Translations under genes and position numbers: made by a program | DNA from: a virus | Lineage: Duplodnaviria; Caudoviricetes | Virus record (IMG/VR): IMGVR_UViG_3300005325_000105 | Span: 1-35,011 of that record | Length of the DNA stretch: 35,011 nucleotides | Direction: 5' to 3' (one strand) | Notes under the pieces: model-generated | What the model saw: only the letters and a program-made list of their open reading frames with translations | Database searches by the model: none | Told to the model about the DNA's origin: nothing | Part shown: one piece after another, positions 27,873 through 35,011 of the stretch | Layout: the number at the start of each line of letters is the position of its first letter | Numbering within the stretch: the stretch's first letter is position 1

Positions 27873-28819
27873 GATGTTTTTTGATCATAACTTTTATCGG
27901 ATTGCTTGGCCGGTGTTATGCCGGCGATACCAACGAATGGATCGAAGTTCGGGGATTACGTGTGAATTGCTGGTGCTCGCCCATGGCGGTACTGAGGGGA
28001 AAAATATATATCGCTGGCGGCCCCGATGGCGCGCGAACAAACCTTTTTGTTTTCGACGGCACAAACTGGTCACAAGGGCCGAAGCCCCCGGGGAACGTAC
28101 AATGGTGCGGCGGTGCGGTTCTTAACAATAAAATTTATATTTCTTCTCCGTGGGATAATCACACAAATTTTTGGTCGTTTGATGAGACAAACTGGGCTTG
28201 GGAACCGGCGGCGCCTAATGGCGGGCAGCAGGGCATCGGCCAGAATAATGCCGCTGTTTTTAACGGCGCATATTATCAGGTCGGCGGGCACGATGGAGTC
28301 ACAGACGAACGAACCAATGTTTATAAATTCAACGGCACGTCTTGGGCGGAAGTGATGGGTCTGCCTGTTAAGACGCGTATGTCTGCAGTTGCTGTTTTCC
28401 GGGACAGACTTTATTCGGTTGGTGGATATAACCAAAAGACGAATGTGTATGTTTACGACGGGACAAACTGGACTTGGGGTCCTGCTTTTCCAGGCGGCGA
28501 TAACGGTGGTTTGGCTACTAATAACGAGGATCGGCTAATTTTCATTCAAGGGAATGACTCGGTGGGAACGTGGACAAACGTCTATTCATTCGACGGGACA
28601 AACTGGACTACGGCGCGAGGGACAGCACATAGTCGCAGGGCCTTATGGTCAGCCGTGAATTTTAACGGAAAGGTATATGCGATCGGCGGATATTGCACAA
28701 ACGTAGAATATCGCTTGCCGGACGCTGCGTCCCCGATAACTGCTCTCTATCTCTACGGCGTCAAAATCAGCAAACTCTGCGGCGTCACTATCAATAAATT
28801 ATGCGGGAGGGGACAATGA
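27869..28819 (+). CDS. Kelch-repeat beta-propeller protein with signal peptide
   Basis: ATGA-coupled start; MRCFLIITFIGLLGRCYA; repeats KIYIAGG...FDGTNW; C-terminal KISKLCGV-TINKLCG repeat. Confidence 0.82.
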   Translation: MRCFLIITFIGLLGRCYAGDTNEWIEVRGLRVNCWCSPMAVLRGKIYIAGGPDGARTNLFVFDGTNWSQGPKPPGNVQWCGGAVLNNKIYISSPWDNHTNFWSFDETNWAWEPAAPNGGQQGIGQNNAAVFNGAYYQVGGHDGVTDERTNVYKFNGTSWAEVMGLPVKTRMSAVAVFRDRLYSVGGYNQKTNVYVYDGTNWTWGPAFPGGDNGGLATNNEDRLIFIQGNDSVGTWTNVYSFDGTNWTTARGTAHSRRALWSAVNFNGKVYAIGGYCTNVEYRLPDAASPITALYLYGVKISKLCGVTINKLCGRGQ

Positions 28820-29052
28820 GGTTTCTGGACTGGATCGGTTATTTGGAGATGCACCGGCTTTGCTTTGTTACTTGGATAAAGGTGCGACTGGTGCATGGGA
28901 AGATTGTCGGAAAATATCGACCATGTCCGGGCGACGACTGGAGCACGGGAGAATGTTTTTTTTATTCACTTCTTTCGTTCGGAATCGTCTTTTTGTCGTT
29001 ATACGTTTGCGCCGGTATTGCAAAGGCGGTTTTTGAAAGTTTGGCAAGATGA
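28816..29052 (+). CDS. small membrane protein
   Basis: GGAGG RBS, ATGA coupling, C-terminal TM helix. Confidence 0.55.
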   Translation: MRFLDWIGYLEMHRLCFVTWIKVRLVHGKIVGKYRPCPGDDWSTGECFFYSLLSFGIVFLSLYVCAGIAKAVFESLAR

Positions 29053-29168
29053 AAACAGCAGGCGATATATTTCTGGTGGTTATGTTGTGCATGATATTTC
29101 CGCTGTTCATTTTACTGGCGGTGATGGTAGGAGTTTTCGAGCAAATATTTTTAAGGAAGGTGGAATGA
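29049..29168 (+). CDS. 39-aa membrane peptide (not in ORF track)
   Basis: ATGA-coupled; MKTAGDIFLVVMLCMIFPLFILLAVMVGVFEQIFLRKVE; ends 1 nt before next ATG. Confidence 0.55.
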   Translation: MKTAGDIFLVVMLCMIFPLFILLAVMVGVFEQIFLRKVE

Positions 29169-29169
29169 G

Positions 29170-29970
29170 ATGATCTCTTTTTCTTCACAAATTCCTTTTA
29201 AGGAGGCCCTTTCTTCCCTCCGTTCCAAGGGCCTCCTCCCGACTTCCCTTTCCTCCGCCGATATGCAAAAGCTCGACGCCGAGATCCGCAGCAGAAGTCT
29301 CTTCTCCGCCCGCACCACGAATGCAGGCTATTTGCAAGAGGTCAAAGACCAGGTCGACGATCTCCTGCAGGGAGAAACCAACGAAGCAACCATGCGCCTG
29401 AAACTCAAGGAATCCCTGCGCGCAATTTCATATGATCCAGTCCAATCCGGCGTCGAACCAGGCACTTTGAAAGACCTTTCTTCTGATCCCCGTCTTAACC
29501 TAATAATCCAGATGCAATCTGATACCGCTTTGGGCTACGGGAAATTTATTCGCGACCAGGATCCCGCCGCGCTCCTGGCCGCCCCCGCCCAGGAACTCTT
29601 CCGCGCCGAGGCCCGAAAAGAACCCCGCAACTGGCCCCAACGCTGGATGGATGCCGGTGGCCAGTTCTATGACGGCCGTATGATTGCTCCAAAGAATGCA
29701 GAAATATGGACGGAAATCTCCGCTTTCGGCCAACCATATCCGCCCTTCGATTATGGTTCCGGCATGTGGGTCCGCGATATCCTCCGCACCGAAGCCATCG
29801 CCCTCGGCATAATCGCGCCTGACGAAATGGTCGAACCTTCAAACATTCAAACCTTTAACACGGGTTTTCAACCTTCCATTGCCGGCCTCGATCCTGATCT
29901 GCAACAAGCCGTCCTGGCCTCCATGGGCGACATGGTCGAATTCATCGGAGGAGTTTTACATCTAAAATGA
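29170..29970 (+). CDS. MuF-like (gp30) head morphogenesis protein
   Basis: PFKEAL..L..K, RSLFSA, RLNLII, W...PYPPF..GSGM; followed by gpG-like gene as in Mu. Confidence 0.75.
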   Translation: MISFSSQIPFKEALSSLRSKGLLPTSLSSADMQKLDAEIRSRSLFSARTTNAGYLQEVKDQVDDLLQGETNEATMRLKLKESLRAISYDPVQSGVEPGTLKDLSSDPRLNLIIQMQSDTALGYGKFIRDQDPAALLAAPAQELFRAEARKEPRNWPQRWMDAGGQFYDGRMIAPKNAEIWTEISAFGQPYPPFDYGSGMWVRDILRTEAIALGIIAPDEMVEPSNIQTFNTGFQPSIAGLDPDLQQAVLASMGDMVEFIGGVLHLK

Positions 29971-30635
29971 GCGTTGCCATTAACATCAACATCCGCGATC
30001 GCGCCACCCCGGTAATCAACCAGCTTGACTCAAAACTCATTGATGACGCCGGCAAGCACACCGTCGGCACTTCCGTCATGCGCCAGATACTCGATCACCT
30101 CACCACTCTGGATTCGGAGCGTCCAAACGCGCTGGGCGGCCGCCGCACTCATTTCTATGCCCAGGCCGGCAAATCCACGCACTACGAAATCACCGATACC
30201 GGCGCGGTTGTCTCAATCGATCACATCGGCATCGCCCAGCGCTATTTCGGCGGAAAAATCGAGCGCGAGGATGGCGGTCCTTTGACCATCCCCGCTCGGG
30301 CCGAAGCCCATGGTCGCCGCGCCCGCGAGTTCAATAACCTTGTCATGCTCTGGGGCCGCAACGGCCCTTACGCCCTGGCCGAACGCGAGTCTATGGATCT
30401 CCGCCTCCGTCGCAGTACAAAAAAAATAAAAGGCGGAGGTAAAGCAGTCTATAAATATTTTGCCCACGGCGAAGAACGTGGCGGCGGCATCTTCTATTGG
30501 CTCGTCAAATCCGTAACCCAGCAACCCGATCCGACCGTCTTGCCCGAAATGTCCGCAATGGAAGAAAACGCTTTTTCCGCCGTCACTAATTACATCAACA
30601 ACATTCTCAAACTCGAATCCCGTATTAATTCATGA
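29967..30635 (+). CDS. Mu gpG-like virion morphogenesis/tail completion protein
   Basis: Follows MuF; AQRYFGGKI...LTIP, WLVKSVT motifs. Confidence 0.7.
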   Translation: MSVAININIRDRATPVINQLDSKLIDDAGKHTVGTSVMRQILDHLTTLDSERPNALGGRRTHFYAQAGKSTHYEITDTGAVVSIDHIGIAQRYFGGKIEREDGGPLTIPARAEAHGRRAREFNNLVMLWGRNGPYALAERESMDLRLRRSTKKIKGGGKAVYKYFAHGEERGGGIFYWLVKSVTQQPDPTVLPEMSAMEENAFSAVTNYINNILKLESRINS

Positions 30636-30682
30636 CCTTCAAACCCTTCACACTCTTTTCACCTTCATACTCCTGAAACCCC

Positions 30683-32281
30683 ATGCCTGACGTAAAAATA
30701 GATATTGACATCCAAAAAACCGGCGCCGGCGCCCAGCAAGCTAAACAGGAACTTGACCAACTCAAGGATTCCGCTGCGCAGGCTGCTCCTAAAGTTACCG
30801 ATCTCGGCAAGGAAGAGGAGAAAACCGGTTTAAAAGCTTCTGAACTCCGCTTTAAACTTTTCGGTTTCCACGCGATCCTTGGCGGTGTTACCCAGCTTTT
30901 GCGTGGCGGTGCTGATGCTTTTTACGGCCTCTCCCGCGCGATCTCTGGCGTTGTCATGGTCCTTTCCAACACCGTTTGGGGACGTCTCGCCCAGATCGCC
31001 GCCATCCTTATCGGGCTTGGTTTGAGTCTCTATAATTATTTCCGTCCCGCTCAGGAGGAAATAAAGAAAACCGATGATGCTCTTAAGAACCTCGATAAGA
31101 CTCAAAAAGACCTAGTCGAACCAGCCCTTCGCACTGCCGCTGAATATGCAAAACAACTTGCGGATGAATTCGATCGCGCGGCCGAGGCCGCCGCTCGCAC
31201 CAGAAAAAACGCCGATGAACTCTCTGATGCCGAACTCGCCCTTAAACTTGCCACGATTGATCGCCGCGTTGCCTCCGGAGAGATCACGGAAGAACAGGGT
31301 AAACAAGAGCGCATCGAGTCCCGCCTGGCCCATGAACAGGTTAAAAACACCCGCGAAAAAGAAGACATCCAGAATAACGTCGCCGCCGCCGAAAAGAATA
31401 TCGCCGATGCCCGGGAAGAATATGAATCCGCCCAGAAAAACCGTGACCAAAAACAGGCGGAGTACATCAAGCAGCAAGTCGCCTCCTCTGAAAAATTCCC
31501 ACTTATCAGGAGCGGCGGTGAAGATTACACCGGCATGCTTGGTAAGGCCACCACTATGGCGGAGTTCAATGCCATCCGAGAACTTGGTCAGGCAAAGAAA
31601 AATGTGGAAGGCGCTGAAACCGGCGTCAACACCACTGCTTCCGCCTATTATGCTGCCCAAGCAAAATATTCCCCTATTGTCGAATCCGGCAAATCCCGCC
31701 TTAAAACTCTTGACACCCTCTCCCAAGCATCGGAAGTCAACGCCTCTGCCCAGTCTATCGCCAATGCCAATGCGATAACTAAAAAACAGGTTGAGGAAGA
31801 AAAGAAAAAGCTCGCTGAAATTGCCGCCACTGAAAAAGAAAATCAGTCTGCCCTCAAAGAACACGAAAAAAACGTTTTCAACGAGGAAAAATCCGGTGCA
31901 ATCTCTGAAGCCGAACAAATCCTCGACCAGCAACGCGCCGAAGAACAAGTCGCTAAAATCCAGCTCAATGCCGCAGAGCGTGCCGCCGGTGCAAAAGGTC
32001 TTTCGTCAACGGAAAGAAAACAACGTGCAGGATCCTTGCAATCCGCCCGCATCGCTTATGGCAAGGAATCCGCCGACGTTTCCCAGGCCGAAGCCTATGT
32101 CGGTAAAATCCGCGAAACCGTTGACCCGGCCGCCCTGGCTAACCTCATTCACTCTATTGAGTCTCTCGGCAATAACGTCACCGCCGCTCTCAATCAGGCC
32201 GCCGCCGCCGTCAATAACGTCAACTCTAAAGTCTCCCAACAATCCAGCCAACTCAAGAACGGCGGCCTCCGAACCAAATGA
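30683..32281 (+). CDS. tape-measure-like protein (short, 532 aa)
   Basis: DVKIDI start, hydrophobic/TM segment near N-terminus, long Ala/Glu/Lys coiled coil. Confidence 0.7.
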   Translation: MPDVKIDIDIQKTGAGAQQAKQELDQLKDSAAQAAPKVTDLGKEEEKTGLKASELRFKLFGFHAILGGVTQLLRGGADAFYGLSRAISGVVMVLSNTVWGRLAQIAAILIGLGLSLYNYFRPAQEEIKKTDDALKNLDKTQKDLVEPALRTAAEYAKQLADEFDRAAEAAARTRKNADELSDAELALKLATIDRRVASGEITEEQGKQERIESRLAHEQVKNTREKEDIQNNVAAAEKNIADAREEYESAQKNRDQKQAEYIKQQVASSEKFPLIRSGGEDYTGMLGKATTMAEFNAIRELGQAKKNVEGAETGVNTTASAYYAAQAKYSPIVESGKSRLKTLDTLSQASEVNASAQSIANANAITKKQVEEEKKKLAEIAATEKENQSALKEHEKNVFNEEKSGAISEAEQILDQQRAEEQVAKIQLNAAERAAGAKGLSSTERKQRAGSLQSARIAYGKESADVSQAEAYVGKIRETVDPAALANLIHSIESLGNNVTAALNQAAAAVNNVNSKVSQQSSQLKNGGLRTK

Positions 32282-32345
32282 CTCTGAAATTTGAAATCCT
32301 GAAATCTCAAATTGAATGTTCAAAGTTGAACGTTGAAAGTTTCCT

Positions 32346-34214
32346 ATGAATTGGTTGCTCAAATACAATGGCATTGAAAAATCCTTCTCCGACTGGGGTC
32401 TTTCCAACCTCACGCGCAAACGCGTATCCCAAGCCCAGGACACCGTCTCTTTCACCTGTCCCGGCCCTTACGACGTCGCTGAACTTTTCCCCTTCGGCTC
32501 CATAATCACCATTTCTTTTCAGGACGCTGATGACGATGTCACCCCTTGGTTTTACGGTAGAATTATTCAGGTCCCCCGGGAAGGAAAAGGAACTGAAGAA
32601 AACATGGACTACATTCTCGCCGGTCCCTGGTGGTTCCTCGATAACCTCGTTTTCCAGCAACAGTGGAAAAAGGCCAATCCTGATTACGATCCTGATGACC
32701 CGGCCAGCCCACTTACCATTCTCGACTATAAATCTCGCGTCATCCTTGGTCAAAAAATAGACCCGGATACCGGCATCGCCACCCGGCAAACTTCCGGCGA
32801 AGTCATCGGCGATGTCATCGCCTACGCCATCGCCGCCGGCGCCCCGATCCAGCTTGGAACGATCGAGCCTGATCTCGAAATTCCTTATGATGAGCAAAAT
32901 GACATCACCTGCTCCGAAGCCATCCGTCGTATGCTCCGCTGGTCCCCGGACGCCGTCACCTGGTTCGATTACTCCACGTCCCCTTATCCGACTTTCCACT
33001 GCGCCCGCCGCTCCGCTCTTTCTTCTCTCTCTTTAGACCTTCTCACTTTCACACCTTCACACCTTTCACTCATTCCGCGTCCTGATATTCAGGTGCCGGC
33101 CGTGGTCCTCAAATTCGAGCAAATCAACACCGTCAACGGTGTGGATTACGAAAGCACCACCACCCAGAAATTCCCCCTCACCGCCACCGGCCGCGAATTT
33201 TCTGCCTTGACCGCCACCCTCCAACTCGCCGGCCTCCAAATGACCTCCGTCAGTCAGAAAATTGAGGTGGAAGAAATCGACAATATCGGGTCGACTTTAG
33301 GACAGGATTTATTTTGGCAGAAACACGATGAGACTTTTGTTGCCACGGAAACAATGGTTTGTACTGTCATGGCAGGGTCTCACAAGACATCAGATACACC
33401 TTACGAAAATGAACTCAAAGAAGGTCAGATTCAGGATTGGATGTCAAATGTCCATGTTAAAGAAATAACTTATACTGCCGTTGGTCTTGTCACCGTTTTT
33501 GATGCGGCAGGTAATCAAATAAAGATCGAAACGAAAGCCCTTTCCTGCAAAATCATCACGACCGACGCCACAACCAAAACTTACACGCAAGTCACCAGTC
33601 TGGTTGCCGGCGAAGCCATTCCCACCGGCTTGGCCGAATCGCTTTACAACAGTCTTAACCCTCTACAATATGAAGGTAAACTCATCCTGACCGAAGAGGA
33701 ATGTCTTGTAGGGGCTTCGCTTGTCGAAGCCCGTGCCGCTTCCGGCCGCGTTCTTAACCTCACCGGCGGCCTGGCCGCCTGGGCAACCATGAACGCCCTG
33801 ATCCAGCAGATAGATGAGGACGTGGATAATGGTATAACCACAATTTCTTTCGGCCCTCCGGAACAACTCTCCCCGCAGGACCTGATGGAATTCCTGCGCG
33901 CCAATCGCGGCCGCGCCGTGGCTTTCTCATTTAAAAAGCGCGAAACCGGAGAATCGGCTTCCGGCGCCGGAGCCGTCGAGCTTTCCGGACCGACCCCTTT
34001 GGTCAACACCGCCGGCGCCTCCGGCCAGACCAAGCTTCTCGTAGTCCAAAACGATGCGAACCAAAAAATAAATCTCAATCCGGCCGCAATAGCAGCCATC
34101 ACCTCTGCTGTCAGCGAACTCAAAATCAAGGAAGTATCCGTTTGCGACAATTCATCAACGCCACCAAGAGTCCGTTATATGCTTACCATCGCAAGCGAGC
34201 TATACGACAAATGA
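32346..34214 (+). CDS. tail tip/baseplate hub-like protein
   Basis: Follows tape measure; WFYGRI, AGPWWFL, TCSEAIRRML, LYNSL...EG, TTISFGPP. Confidence 0.6.
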   Translation: MNWLLKYNGIEKSFSDWGLSNLTRKRVSQAQDTVSFTCPGPYDVAELFPFGSIITISFQDADDDVTPWFYGRIIQVPREGKGTEENMDYILAGPWWFLDNLVFQQQWKKANPDYDPDDPASPLTILDYKSRVILGQKIDPDTGIATRQTSGEVIGDVIAYAIAAGAPIQLGTIEPDLEIPYDEQNDITCSEAIRRMLRWSPDAVTWFDYSTSPYPTFHCARRSALSSLSLDLLTFTPSHLSLIPRPDIQVPAVVLKFEQINTVNGVDYESTTTQKFPLTATGREFSALTATLQLAGLQMTSVSQKIEVEEIDNIGSTLGQDLFWQKHDETFVATETMVCTVMAGSHKTSDTPYENELKEGQIQDWMSNVHVKEITYTAVGLVTVFDAAGNQIKIETKALSCKIITTDATTKTYTQVTSLVAGEAIPTGLAESLYNSLNPLQYEGKLILTEEECLVGASLVEARAASGRVLNLTGGLAAWATMNALIQQIDEDVDNGITTISFGPPEQLSPQDLMEFLRANRGRAVAFSFKKRETGESASGAGAVELSGPTPLVNTAGASGQTKLLVVQNDANQKINLNPAAIAAITSAVSELKIKEVSVCDNSSTPPRVRYMLTIASELYDK

Positions 34215-34603
34215 TTATCCTTGGTCCAGTTATTCCTCCGGAAGACTCCAAAATCGATATCCTTTTCCATTTTGGAGGAGAAGATGGCCACTGCTGCGAC
34301 CGTGCCATCTTTGACTGGTATTTGAACGATATCTTTGTGGCCACGCTTGATTTCAACAATGCCAGTAGCTGTGAAACGATCTATCAGGGGCCATTCGAGA
34401 TTTACTTGGAGGACTATAACACCGATCCTTGTGGCTGGCTGAAGTTCTCGTTCGTCTGTAAGGTTGAGGGCGGATGCCACGAAGGCGCTGCCTTCGATAT
34501 TACCCAGCCCAATGGGGAGGTTAAAACCCGTTATATCAGCACATCGAACCCGACCATACTCTGGATCTGCGAACTTATCTCCGAATTTTCCTCTCCCCCG
34601 TGA
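34211..34603 (+). CDS. hypothetical Cys-rich acidic protein
   Basis: ATGA-coupled start 34211; 130 aa with HCC, C, C, C...CH. Confidence 0.6.
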   Translation: MIILGPVIPPEDSKIDILFHFGGEDGHCCDRAIFDWYLNDIFVATLDFNNASSCETIYQGPFEIYLEDYNTDPCGWLKFSFVCKVEGGCHEGAAFDITQPNGEVKTRYISTSNPTILWICELISEFSSPP

Positions 34604-34609
34604 AAACCC

Positions 34610-35011
34610 ATGAAAACCCTCTCCATAACCGAACTCCATGCCCATTCCGAGCATCGCCCGCCCGGATATGTGGAGGATATTATCGCCCGTGGAACGCTTG
34701 AAGGTGACCGTTTGCGCCTGACTGACGAGGCATTTAATGAGATCCGCCGAAAATATGCCTCGGCCGGCCCTGTTGAGGCTGAATCTCTGCTGTCGAAATT
34801 ACGCCTTGAAATCTGCCAAATCTGTGAATACTCCGAAGAGCAGGCTCTTGTCTGTAAGCTCTATAAGGGCTGCTGTTTTGGCTCCTGGCGCCGCCAATCC
34901 ACCAGCGTCTGCCCGGCTACCCCTCCAAAATGGCCTGCAATCGTCGTGCAACCGCCTTGCCCCGCCTCAGAAAAGCCCCTGAATCCTTCCTTCCCTTTAG
35001 CCGCCTCTTAG
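34610..35011 (+). CDS. hypothetical protein with Cys cluster
   Basis: CQIC...C....CC...CP...KW in C-terminal half. Confidence 0.6.
   Translation: MKTLSITELHAHSEHRPPGYVEDIIARGTLEGDRLRLTDEAFNEIRRKYASAGPVEAESLLSKLRLEICQICEYSEEQALVCKLYKGCCFGSWRRQSTSVCPATPPKWPAIVVQPPCPASEKPLNPSFPLAAS

Larger units (their letters stand above)
1..35011. mobile_element. Mu-like transposable prophage (internal part; ends not seen)
   Basis: Adjacent MuA-like DDE transposase and MuB-like ATPase; gp26/gp27/gp28/gp29-like packaging genes, protease I, gp36, MuF and gpG-like genes; early and late arms diverge around the repressor region. Confidence 0.95.

Noticed and set aside
27869-27925. Lipobox/o-spanin in the Kelch protein (LLGRC)
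   Set aside because: Not a canonical L-x-[G/A]-C box; CYA|G fits signal peptidase I, and the protein is a propeller
23889-28819. Diversity-generating retroelement or invertible G-segment
   Set aside because: No reverse transcriptase or invertase ORF, and no long near-identical repeat pair differing at adenines was seen
31112-32294. Overlapping ORFs in the tape measure region (31112-31948 minus, 31146-31778 and 31791-32294 plus)
   Set aside because: Alternate-frame artefacts of biased GCC/GAA/AAA codon use
1-35011. CRISPR array, tRNA or rRNA genes
   Set aside because: No regularly spaced repeat-spacer units; no cloverleaf or rRNA-like segment recognised; window is almost fully coding
34900-35011. 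Mu right end (transposase binding sites, terminal CA)
   Set aside because: Window ends at a stop codon; no repeated end motifs visible at either edge

Overview
The whole window is the interior of a Mu-like (transposable) prophage with a B3/BcepMu-type layout. The early operon runs leftward (Ner/Cro-like HTH, HTH_17 protein, SleB-type cell wall hydrolase, DUF3102-like, MuA-like transposase, MuB-like ATPase). A CI-type repressor and two AT-rich accessory genes sit in the middle. A long rightward late operon follows (gp25/26-like, terminase, portal, protease/scaffold, capsid, neck, tail tube with no recognisable sheath, fibre, MuF, gpG, tape measure, hub). Neither prophage end is visible. A 2,183-bp IS5-like element with a 7-bp target duplication splits a small gene downstream of the capsid gene. 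The main unusual points are: (1) fibre-like genes in the virion module encode Sec-type signal peptides and are strongly Thr-Asn enriched; (2) a four-gene cassette (GH-A-like protein, small peptide, holin-like protein, LpxR-like lipid A deacylase) sits between portal and protease; (3) a zinc ribbon fused to a clear paralog of the phage's own MuF domain lies next to the repressor; (4) a recurring L-[A/S]-N motif in head proteins looks like the maturation cleavage site; (5) many dispersed 7-9-nt tandem micro-repeats and REP-like hairpins, many translated in frame. A PVC-superphylum host (Kiritimatiellota/Verrucomicrobiota-like) is inferred from protein style only. All family calls are by eye from motifs and synteny; no searches were run.
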